A DNA stretch of 64,000 nucleotides from Planctomycetota bacterium (lineage in GTDB: Bacteria; Planctomycetota; UBA1135). Made by a program: the position numbers and the translations under genes. The stretch is from the NCBI GenBank assembly GCA_026421205.1, contig JAPKBM010000008.1, forward strand, positions 4,055 to 68,054. Reading direction: 5' to 3'. The notes below the pieces were generated by a model. It was not told where the DNA came from. It saw only the letters and a program-made list of their open reading frames with translations, and did no database searches. Positions 56,690-64,000 of the stretch are shown piece after piece. Every line of letters begins with the position of its first letter. The first letter of the stretch is position 1.

Positions 56690-57495
56690 TTGACCGCCTC
56701 GTCCTTCAAGCGCTGATTGAGATTTTTATCCTCACAGCAGGGATTTATGGAATCCTCCGCTTTCTCCGAAACACGCGAGGCTTCGGCCTTGTTCGTGGAC
56801 TCGTCACCTTCATTGTGGTTGGCGCATTTTTCTTCGGTGTGCTTTCTCGCTACCCAGAAGTCCCTGTCCTCCAAAAGATCCTTTCTGAAATCTTGCCCTT
56901 CTTGGTCATGATTGTGGTAATTCTTTTCCAACCCGAACTTCGTCAAGGGATTTCAAAAATTGGCCGGTCTGGAATTTTCGGTCTCTTCAGCGCAACCACA
57001 ACGGATGAAGAAACGCTCTCTAAAATTGCCACCGCGGCCATCCGCATGAGCAAAGAGCGCATCGGCGCTCTCATTGCTTTTGAACGCTCTGTGTCTCTTG
57101 CCCCCTTCCGAGAAAACGCTGCAATTCTGGAAGCTCCCGTTTCTACCACTCTTTTAGAAAACATCTTCTTCCCCGGTGGTCCTCTCCATGATGGTGCAGT
57201 GATTATCCGCGGCGACACCATCTTGGCAGCCGCATGTATTTTTCCACTCACCACCGACCCCACCGTCCAACGAAGACTAGGCACACGCCACCGCGCAGCA
57301 CGAGGCCTTTCAGAAGAGACCGATGCCATCACGCTGGTCGTGAGTGAAGAAACGGGCCACATTTCCCTGGCCGCCGGACGTCAACTCACCCAAGCCGTGC
57401 CTCACGACCAAGTAGAGCAAAAGCTTCGTGAACTACTTCAATCCGAAAAACCACGCGCCGAAGAAGCGTTGATAACCCAGGAAACCGACGTATGA
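56686..57495 (+). CDS. cdaA: diadenylate cyclase CdaA
   Basis: ATG 56686 (MIDRLVLQALIEIFIL) with an ATGA overlap on folP. Three TM segments precede the DAC domain motifs GALIAFER, PLHDGAVIIRGD and GTRHRAARGLSEETDAITLVVSEETG. Confidence 0.88.
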   Translation: MIDRLVLQALIEIFILTAGIYGILRFLRNTRGFGLVRGLVTFIVVGAFFFGVLSRYPEVPVLQKILSEILPFLVMIVVILFQPELRQGISKIGRSGIFGLFSATTTDEETLSKIATAAIRMSKERIGALIAFERSVSLAPFRENAAILEAPVSTTLLENIFFPGGPLHDGAVIIRGDTILAAACIFPLTTDPTVQRRLGTRHRAARGLSEETDAITLVVSEETGHISLAAGRQLTQAVPHDQVEQKLRELLQSEKPRAEEALITQETDV

Positions 57496-58631
57496 ATTGG
57501 CTCCGCCGCCTTTTCTTTCATGATATGGGCCGAAAGATTTTGGCTTTAGCGCTCGCCGCCTTCGCTTGGTGGCAAGTCGGGCAATCAGTCGCCGAAGACC
57601 GCACTCATAATTTCACCGTCGTCACAGTAAACCATTCTCAAACCCCCGCTGCTCACAGTTTACAAATCAAAATTCCGGACGGATGGGAACTCGTTTCACC
57701 GGAACCGGGAACTTCCGTAACTATCGCCTTCCATGGCGCTGCAGCCAACCTTGCTGCCTTTTTTGCAAGTCAATGCGCAGCAACTTTTGAACCTATCCTT
57801 GATGCAACTTCTGGAGAAACTACAAAAACGGTAGATCTTCTCTCTTTGGATGAATTGGACTGGCTCAAGCCATCGGAGGCCAGCCGGCTCCTCAAAGATC
57901 TTGGCTCGCAGTCCTTTCGCAACTTTCGCTTTGAACGCCGACGGGAAGCCACCCTTGCGCTGAATCCCACACTTGTCACCGTCCAAGGAAATCCAGCGGA
58001 CGCTTACGAGGTCCACCAAGAAAATATACTTTTTGACCCGACACAGGTTCGCATTTCTGGTCCACACGCTGCCGTCGAAGAGGCGCTTGGCCGCTTGGAA
58101 TCGTTACGCCTAGGCTTTCCTGGAGCGGGGATTTTTACACCGGTAGAAATTCCCGACAACCGACGAGACACTCTCAAAGCTATTGTTCGCCTCACCGACT
58201 CCCTGACACGCCGCGGTGTTCGTATGTTCCCCCCACAAATTGCCGTTCGAGTCCCCATCCGCCACCAAAAAGGTGAGCCAATCACGTGGGTGCTTTCGGC
58301 AGGGCAACTCCACGGCGTCGGGAAAGCATCCGAAGGAGAATGGGCACTTGGCACTTGGTCCGCCACGCCATGGCTTGCGGAACTCACGGACTCCACTCTC
58401 CTTGGCGTACAATTCGATGAAAGCTGGGTGCGGGAACACATTTTATTGCTTGTACCGCTCTCTCAAATCCCTGCCGGTGCGGTGGATGGATTTGAGCTTG
58501 CCATCGGGTGGCATCTCGTCGGTATTGATAACGACAGCCTCCGCCAGCAACTTCTTCAATCTTTGCGCGTTCGCCCACAAAATGAAGAAGATCGCATGGT
58601 CTCCATGAAACTTCTCGGAGAGCAGCCTTGA
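57492..58631 (+). CDS. cdaR: CdaR/YbbR-like regulator of CdaA
   Basis: ATGA coupling to cdaA. An N-terminal membrane anchor (ILALALAAFAWWQV) is followed by repeated beta-rich YbbR-like segments. The position matches the conserved cdaA-cdaR-glmM order. Confidence 0.6.
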   Translation: MNWLRRLFFHDMGRKILALALAAFAWWQVGQSVAEDRTHNFTVVTVNHSQTPAAHSLQIKIPDGWELVSPEPGTSVTIAFHGAAANLAAFFASQCAATFEPILDATSGETTKTVDLLSLDELDWLKPSEASRLLKDLGSQSFRNFRFERRREATLALNPTLVTVQGNPADAYEVHQENILFDPTQVRISGPHAAVEEALGRLESLRLGFPGAGIFTPVEIPDNRRDTLKAIVRLTDSLTRRGVRMFPPQIAVRVPIRHQKGEPITWVLSAGQLHGVGKASEGEWALGTWSATPWLAELTDSTLLGVQFDESWVREHILLLVPLSQIPAGAVDGFELAIGWHLVGIDNDSLRQQLLQSLRVRPQNEEDRMVSMKLLGEQP

Positions 58632-59983
58632 CCCACGCACTTTTCGGCACCGACGGAATGCGAGGCCGCGCAGGAGAAGAACCTCTTACGGCAACCACTT
58701 TAGAGCGCCTCGGACAAGTTCTTGCCGCGCAACTGTGCACCGGCTCCGTCCTCATTGGCCATGATGGCCGTGAAAGCGGAGAAACTTTGGTTGCCGCTTT
58801 GGCGGCCGGCCTTTCTCATGGGGGAATCCATGTTGACATTCTTGGCCTTGCCACAACCCCATGCATTGCTTACCTCACCATGGCTGGCGAATATGCCGCT
58901 GGAATTGTGGTTTCTGCATCGCACAACCCAGCACCCGACAATGGCGTCAAACTTTTAGGAGCCACGGGTGCGAAACTTGATAGCGCCACGGAACAAACTC
59001 TAGAAGGGCATCTCCAAAACGACATGGACTTCCCCCCAGCAGAAACACCTGGGGAACAACGACGTGTTAAGGGCCTCGTTGGAGATTACATTGCGTGGTT
59101 GCGTAACGATGCATTCCCTGAACTAGATTTTGGTGGCGCCAAAGTGGCCTTAGACTGCGCCCATGGAGCCGCAAGTCAAATTGGTTCCCGCATATTAAAA
59201 GCCTTCGGCGCGGAGGCGGTCATCCTTCACGACAAGCCCGACGGCCGCAACATCAATGACCAAGCAGGTGCACTTTACCCAGAAAAGCTAGCAGGCTTTG
59301 CGCAAGAGCACCAATGCGCCCTTGGCATTTCTTTAGACGGTGACGCAGACCGTGGCATCCTTGTGGATGGAGATGGTCGAGTCTTGGACGGCGACGCCAT
59401 CCTTGCGGGTATGGCCTTAGCTTTGGCCGAACAAAAAGGGTTGAAAACGGTCGTGGCAACAGTGATGAGCAATCTTGCTTTAGAGCAAACACTCCAAGCT
59501 GTTGGCATTCATCTTCTGCGCACACCCGTCGGCGACCGCCACGTGGCCGCCGCCATGAAGAAGCAAGATTACTCCTTAGGCGGAGAAAAATCGGGCCATA
59601 TCCTCTTCGGCAAGGAGCATGGCTATCGCGGTGACGGCATTTACACCCTCTTGCGGATTGCCGATACCCTTTGGCGCTCCGGTGCCCGAGGTCCGGCATT
59701 CGCGGCGGCGGCCAAAAAATTCGCGGCGGATTATGAAGACCTTCCTCAGGAACTTCGTAACTTGCCTGCCACCAAGCGCGTCCCCCTTGAAGAATTACTG
59801 TGCCTACAAGAAGCCCTTCAATCCGCCGACGCCCTCCTTGCGGGCCAAGGCCGAACCGTAGTGCGCTTCTCGGGCACTGAGCTCAAACTACGCCTGATGG
59901 TGGAAGCGGTGGATCAAGATCTGGTCACTAAGGCCCTTGATATCTTAGAGATCGGTGCACAACAAGATGGCGTCCTTGCCTGA
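58628..59983 (+). CDS. glmM: phosphoglucosamine mutase
   Basis: TTG start overlaps the cdaR stop. Motifs are LFGTDGMRG, VVSASHNPAPDNGVK, SLDGDADR and GGEKSGH. Confidence 0.9.
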   Translation: MTHALFGTDGMRGRAGEEPLTATTLERLGQVLAAQLCTGSVLIGHDGRESGETLVAALAAGLSHGGIHVDILGLATTPCIAYLTMAGEYAAGIVVSASHNPAPDNGVKLLGATGAKLDSATEQTLEGHLQNDMDFPPAETPGEQRRVKGLVGDYIAWLRNDAFPELDFGGAKVALDCAHGAASQIGSRILKAFGAEAVILHDKPDGRNINDQAGALYPEKLAGFAQEHQCALGISLDGDADRGILVDGDGRVLDGDAILAGMALALAEQKGLKTVVATVMSNLALEQTLQAVGIHLLRTPVGDRHVAAAMKKQDYSLGGEKSGHILFGKEHGYRGDGIYTLLRIADTLWRSGARGPAFAAAAKKFAADYEDLPQELRNLPATKRVPLEELLCLQEALQSADALLAGQGRTVVRFSGTELKLRLMVEAVDQDLVTKALDILEIGAQQDGVLA

Positions 59984-60599
59984 TTCCCCCACACTGTTAG
60001 CCATCGAACTTTCCGGATCGGCCTCCACGGTAGCTTTGCTTCACAATGGAACCGTACACCAGCAAGATTTCACTGCGGCGCGTGGTAAAGCCCTCATGCC
60101 CGCAATCCAAGACCTCCTTCACGACAATGCAACAAAAGAAGATTTGCAGGGCATTCTCGTCGGAACGGGCCCAGGCTCTTACACCGGACTACGCATTGCT
60201 TGTGCAGCAGGAATCACCCTGGGTTACGCCTTAGAAATCCCTGTTCTTGGGTATGGAAGTTTTGAAACCTTTGCTTTTTCTTATTTGAAAGAAAATAAGA
60301 TTTCAAAAGAACTCCATCTTTTCCTCGACGCATTTCGCAAAGAAACTTATCACGCTTCGTTTCGTCTTCAACAAGGAAAGCTACAACGTGTGACCGCCCC
60401 AGAAGTACTTCCTCAAGAAGAATCCATCTGTTCTTTGTCCACAAGCGCCCTCTATCTCGAGGATCCCACCGTATTTCAGCCAGAAGCAAAACATCAATTC
60501 TCCTATCACCTTGCACACTTTTTCGGCCAAGATCTATGGGACACCGCAAAAAAATTCCCGCCATCACCTCTCTATCTTCGGCCTCCCGCGTACGCATAA
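59967..60599 (+). CDS. tsaB: tRNA threonylcarbamoyladenosine biosynthesis protein TsaB
   Basis: ATG at 59967. Motifs are LLAIELSGSASTVAL and ILVGTGPGSYTGLRIACAAGITLGYALEIP. Confidence 0.75.
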   Translation: MASLPDSPTLLAIELSGSASTVALLHNGTVHQQDFTAARGKALMPAIQDLLHDNATKEDLQGILVGTGPGSYTGLRIACAAGITLGYALEIPVLGYGSFETFAFSYLKENKISKELHLFLDAFRKETYHASFRLQQGKLQRVTAPEVLPQEESICSLSTSALYLEDPTVFQPEAKHQFSYHLAHFFGQDLWDTAKKFPPSPLYLRPPAYA

Positions 60600-60629
60600 A
60601 AAAACGGCGCACTCCGAAGAGCGCGCCGT
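60598..60629 (-). terminator. rho-independent terminator of the histone-like gene
   Basis: The 11-bp GC-rich stem (60604-60614 with 60619-60629, one mismatch) has loop cgaa. On the minus strand it is followed by a run of seven T (60598-60604). Confidence 0.65.
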
Positions 60630-60646
60630 GACCGAATCCGAATAGA

Positions 60647-60961
60647 TTACAGATCTTGTGGGCGAAGAGTCTTGCGACCGTTCTGAGTTGCCCGAGCTTC
60701 TGCCTTCATGATGGCATCACGGACATAACCGTCCAATGCGGTGTAGAAATCACCGGAAACGTTACAAGCTTCTACAGCACCTTTGGTGCGAGACTTGGAG
60801 ATGATGAGGCTTGCGACTGCACCTTTCTTACCACGCTTGGTGGTCTTCTTCGCCGTGCGCTTGGTAGCCTTCTTGGCAGTCTTCTTGGTGGTACGCTTGA
60901 TAGCCTTCTTGGCGGTCTTGCGAGTCACCTTTTTTTTCGTTGCTTTTTTCTTAGCAGCCAT
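60647..60961 (-). CDS. Lys-rich N-terminal tail fused to a bacterial histone-fold (DUF1931-like) domain, 104 aa
   Basis: Residues 1-47 are MAAKKKATKKKVTRKTAKKAIKRTTKKTAKKATKRTAKKTTKRGKKG (H1/Hc1-like). Residues 48-104, LIISKSRTKGAVEACNVSGDFYTALDGYVRDAIMKAEARATQNGRKTLRPQDL, match the pattern of bacterial singlet histones and end in GRKT...D(L/I). The gene has its own terminator. Confidence 0.7.
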   Translation of the reverse strand: MAAKKKATKKKVTRKTAKKAIKRTTKKTAKKATKRTAKKTTKRGKKGAVASLIISKSRTKGAVEACNVSGDFYTALDGYVRDAIMKAEARATQNGRKTLRPQDL

Positions 60962-61133
60962 GTTTTTATTTGGGTTGGTCGCCGGGAAAAACCCGACTGA
61001 GAATGAGTGAACATGTAAGAAGGGGACCTAATCACATGATTGGAGCGCAATTCTGCCGTTTCCAGACCAAAGTTACCAATGGAAAGGCAAAAAATTTCTA
61101 AGTATTTCAAAAAGTCCATTTTATGATGCACCC

Positions 61134-62222
61134 ATGTTTGCGCCACTCATCTTGGCATCCTTCCTTTTTTTTCCTCAAAACCCTTCAGCAGAAGAGTGGA
61201 AAAAAGTGCATGGCCGTCTTATTCAATTTTCGAAAGAAGAACAGCAGGGATTTTTAGCCCTTACTTTAGAAAAAGTTCACACCTTAGATCATCCCTTAGC
61301 TAGGGCTGCAAAAGATCTTTCGGAACAAGCGAAAGCCCTTTCAAAAGTCTCCCCACGGGACCCAGCTTGGTTTGACCCAAAAGAATATGCACCAGCGCTC
61401 AAACTTAAAACAAAAATCTATCTGCCCAACTCAGGAGGCTGGAAACGCCTTAAAAAGGCCTTTTACGGCAAAAACGACCTCCCTTCCCAGCTGCAACCTC
61501 TTCACTGGGATTACGGAAGAAACGCGATCGAACGGCCGTCAGCATGGGAAGAGCCCTCAACCGTAGACTCTATGAGACAACTATGGAACGGGCTCATTCC
61601 TCACGCCGATGTCCTGCGCGCCACGTTGGAATCCATCTTGGATGACCAGAAAACCATGGATCTCGTGGCGGACTATTTCAGCCATTGTTACCGTGACCGC
61701 AACGGAAAAGTTTACCCCGGAATCACACTTGGCGATCTCTGGGGATCCGGCGAGGAGCTCGAAGTTTCCGACGCAGAATCCGTGGCTTTCATGCGAAGAA
61801 TTCTCCAAGATGACGCTATTCAGTCCCCCATTCCAAAGCGTTTGCACCCCGGAATCTACTCTATCATCCGAGACACCTATGCCGAATGGCGTGATTATTA
61901 TCAAATCCGCGCCACTTTATCCCTTTGTTTCCTTGACCCACACGCCGAAATCCCCCTCATCTTCGCCAACGTTGCGAACCACTTTCACCGCGCTTGGATT
62001 TCCGTCGATCATCAACCGGATGCCATGCGGATACTCCTGAAAAAACATGGGAATCGCCAGGCCTTTCTTACAGAGATGGAGGCACGCAAGCCGACTACGC
62101 CGGAACAGCAGGAAGAACTTCAGCTAAAAGAGGAGCAACGAAAGTCTTTCCGCATTCTTGTGCAACAGACAACACGGGAAAGCCTGCGGGAGCTTGGCCT
62201 ATTGGGCATGCGTTTGCGGTAA
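61134..62222 (+). CDS. hypothetical secreted protein (362 aa)
   Basis: ATG start with signal-like MFAPLILASFLFFPQNPSA. No family recognised. Confidence 0.5.
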   Translation: MFAPLILASFLFFPQNPSAEEWKKVHGRLIQFSKEEQQGFLALTLEKVHTLDHPLARAAKDLSEQAKALSKVSPRDPAWFDPKEYAPALKLKTKIYLPNSGGWKRLKKAFYGKNDLPSQLQPLHWDYGRNAIERPSAWEEPSTVDSMRQLWNGLIPHADVLRATLESILDDQKTMDLVADYFSHCYRDRNGKVYPGITLGDLWGSGEELEVSDAESVAFMRRILQDDAIQSPIPKRLHPGIYSIIRDTYAEWRDYYQIRATLSLCFLDPHAEIPLIFANVANHFHRAWISVDHQPDAMRILLKKHGNRQAFLTEMEARKPTTPEQQEELQLKEEQRKSFRILVQQTTRESLRELGLLGMRLR

Positions 62223-62231
62223 AGTAAGGTC

Positions 62232-63383
62232 ATGCAACGGCGCCATCGAGCCTGGGCCGAAATCGACCTCGCCGCTTTTCGCCACAACCTCACCCTCGCA
62301 CAAAATATAGCGGGGTCGGCCAAAGTGTGGCCGGTTCTCAAGGCCAATGCCTATGGGCATGGAGCTCTTGCGCTTGCACGAGTTTGCGAGGAAATGGATA
62401 TAGAGTGCGTCGGCGTTGGAGACAGCGCCGAGGCACTGGCACTCCGCACCCATGGCATTAACCTCCCTCTTCTTGTTTTAGGCACAGTCATTGACGCAGA
62501 ACTCCCTCTTCTTCTAGAGCATCACGTCGAAGTCGGCGTTCACTCTGAAGGTCGTGCACAAGAACTCGGAGAGCAGGCGCAAACGCTCGGGGAAATCTTA
62601 GGCGTTCATCTCAAAGTGGATGTCGGGATGGGGCGTCTTGGCGTGAGACCAGAAGCGGCACTCCGCGTTGCACGCGCAATTGAACGCCACCCCTTTCTTC
62701 GACTCCGCGGGGTCATGACACATTTTTCTGCGCCGGAGGGTTGCCATGACCCACAAACCGCTGGGCAACATGCATTATTTTTGGCTACCGTTTCGGAAAT
62801 CCGCGCAGCGGGCGTTGCCATTCCGCACGTGCATTGTGCAAATTCCGCGGCCCTTGCCACCGGCCTCCAACCTTTAGGGGATGCCGTTCGTCCAGGAATT
62901 GCTCTTTTTGGGATTTTACCCGACTCCATGGAAATGGGAAAACGACTAAAACCCATCCTTTCTCTACACGCACAAATTGTTTTTCTGAAAGACATTCCTA
63001 CCGGAGCACCCGTCGGTTACGGAAGCCGATGGACTTCCCACCGGCCCACGCGGTTAGCCACACTCCCCATTGGCTATGCCGACGGTATCCCGTACCGTTT
63101 AGGTGCCCAAGGCCGCGGAACGGTTCTTGTTCGTGGACAACGATGCCCGGTGGTTGGGGCCGTTTCTATGGATTACTGTACCGTTGATGTCGGCCACGTT
63201 CCGGATGTGCAACTCGGAGACACGGTAACGTTCATTGGAAAACAAGGCCAGGAATGTCTCAGGGTTCAGGACCTTGCGGAAGCCGCCGGCACGATTCCCT
63301 ATGAAATCACTTGCTCGCTGAGTGGTCGCGTGCACCGCGTTCTCACCCACGCTCAAGCGCCCTCGGTCTCTTCCATTCGATGA
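62232..63383 (+). CDS. alr: alanine racemase
   Basis: Motifs are RAWAEIDLAAFRHNL, VLKANAYGHGA (PLP Lys), MTHFS, GYADG and VSMDY. Confidence 0.9.
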   Translation: MQRRHRAWAEIDLAAFRHNLTLAQNIAGSAKVWPVLKANAYGHGALALARVCEEMDIECVGVGDSAEALALRTHGINLPLLVLGTVIDAELPLLLEHHVEVGVHSEGRAQELGEQAQTLGEILGVHLKVDVGMGRLGVRPEAALRVARAIERHPFLRLRGVMTHFSAPEGCHDPQTAGQHALFLATVSEIRAAGVAIPHVHCANSAALATGLQPLGDAVRPGIALFGILPDSMEMGKRLKPILSLHAQIVFLKDIPTGAPVGYGSRWTSHRPTRLATLPIGYADGIPYRLGAQGRGTVLVRGQRCPVVGAVSMDYCTVDVGHVPDVQLGDTVTFIGKQGQECLRVQDLAEAAGTIPYEITCSLSGRVHRVLTHAQAPSVSSIR

Positions 63384-64000
63384 ATCGCCTTTCTCCACCA
63401 GGTTGGCTTGGCGTCCTCCTCTTAATCAGCGCTTTTTTACCGATTCCACTTCCGCGTACATTGCTCCCCGAAGGTGCGCAGGCAAATGCACTCCATCTGC
63501 GCTGGGGATTGGGAGAAATCTCAATCCAAAAGCTCAAACTCAAAGAGCCTCATTTTCCAGAACTTTCTAGTGAATCGGCCACGCTCCAGATCCACACACT
63601 CCCAGGCTCCTCTTTTCTTCAACCAAAACATCTCAAGGTCATTCAGCCGGTGTTCCAAACTTCGGAAGCCGCTATCCAAAAACACCTGCAGTCGATTCAC
63701 ACGGAAGAAGGCGGCTCACTGGCCCCCTTTTTCATCTCCATCGAGGGAGGGTCTCTTGCATGGACCTCTTCCACACTCCCCCCACTGCACTTTCAGCTCC
63801 AGAATATGGAACTGCAATGGGAAAAAGACGTCGGCCGACTCCACCTTCTTGGTCAGATGGATGCTCCTTTTTATGGAGAAGTAGAAATCCACGCCGACGC
63901 ATCCAGCAACTTGAATAAATGGGAAATCTTGGCAAAGGGATTCCATCATCAGCTTCCTGAAGACCCGCCCCTCTCTTTCCAAGACTGGGGTGATTTAGAA
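63380..64000 (+). CDS. hypothetical membrane-anchored protein, 5' part only (runs off the right edge)
   Basis: Absent from the ORF track because it has no stop. The ATG at 63380 overlaps the alr stop (ATGA). It encodes MNRLSPPGWLGVLLLISAFLPIPL..., and 207 codons stay open to the window end. Confidence 0.5.
   Translation, partial: MNRLSPPGWLGVLLLISAFLPIPLPRTLLPEGAQANALHLRWGLGEISIQKLKLKEPHFPELSSESATLQIHTLPGSSFLQPKHLKVIQPVFQTSEAAIQKHLQSIHTEEGGSLAPFFISIEGGSLAWTSSTLPPLHFQLQNMELQWEKDVGRLHLLGQMDAPFYGEVEIHADASSNLNKWEILAKGFHHQLPEDPPLSFQDWGDLE

Noticed and set aside
60656-61010. Plus-strand ORFs of 114 aa and 75 aa
   Set aside because: They are antisense to the Lys-rich histone-like gene. The AAG/AAA-rich coding strand leaves the opposite strand free of stops.

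Overview
The window is a dense, mostly housekeeping chromosomal segment from a Gram-negative-type bacterium, since lpxA, bamD-like and lptE-like genes are present. GC looks mid-range by eye. Lineage cannot be fixed from here; the mix of a sulfatase, SBBP/YVTN/NHL propellers, cdaA and a Lys-rich histone-like protein suggests an environmental, possibly PVC-like, phylum, but that is a guess. Gene junctions are very often ATGA, TAATG, GTGA or TTGA overlaps, and many longest ORFs in the track over-extend upstream of the real start.

Content from left to right:
- topB (partial).
- A 13-kb minus-strand array of nine translationally coupled, signal-peptide-bearing amidohydrolase-fold paralogs (ten modules). 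Only two modules keep the HxH metal motif. A divergent Bcp-like peroxiredoxin and a YbiB/TrpD2-like gene follow.
- lpxA-acs.
- Two secreted beta-propeller proteins, the second preceded by what folds and reads like a compact cobalamin riboswitch and followed by a 101-bp near-perfect palindrome.
- A tartrate/isopropylmalate-dehydrogenase-family gene, a 123-aa beta-carbonic-anhydrase-motif protein, a decayed small pseudogene, a sulfatase, a domain-permuted aconitase-family protein, an NHL propeller and a NahK-like kinase.
- A complete trp operon (trpEGDCFBA) with a Trp-codon leader peptide and attenuator, coupled to a chorismate-mutase-like mini-ORF and a DAHP synthase.
- purU, two thiolases, a crotonase and two PPIases (one a cyclophilin-parvulin fusion lipoprotein).
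- A formimidoyltransferase-cyclodeaminase and hutI.
- A CBS-domain transporter, recO, bamD-like and lptE-like genes, then ftsH-folP-cdaA-cdaR-glmM-tsaB.
- A Lys-rich-tail plus histone-fold protein, alr, and a partial ORF at the right edge.

No rRNA, tRNA, CRISPR array or intact mobile element was seen. The most interesting items are the amidohydrolase pseudoenzyme array, the riboswitch-controlled propeller, the tailed bacterial histone-like gene and the long palindrome.
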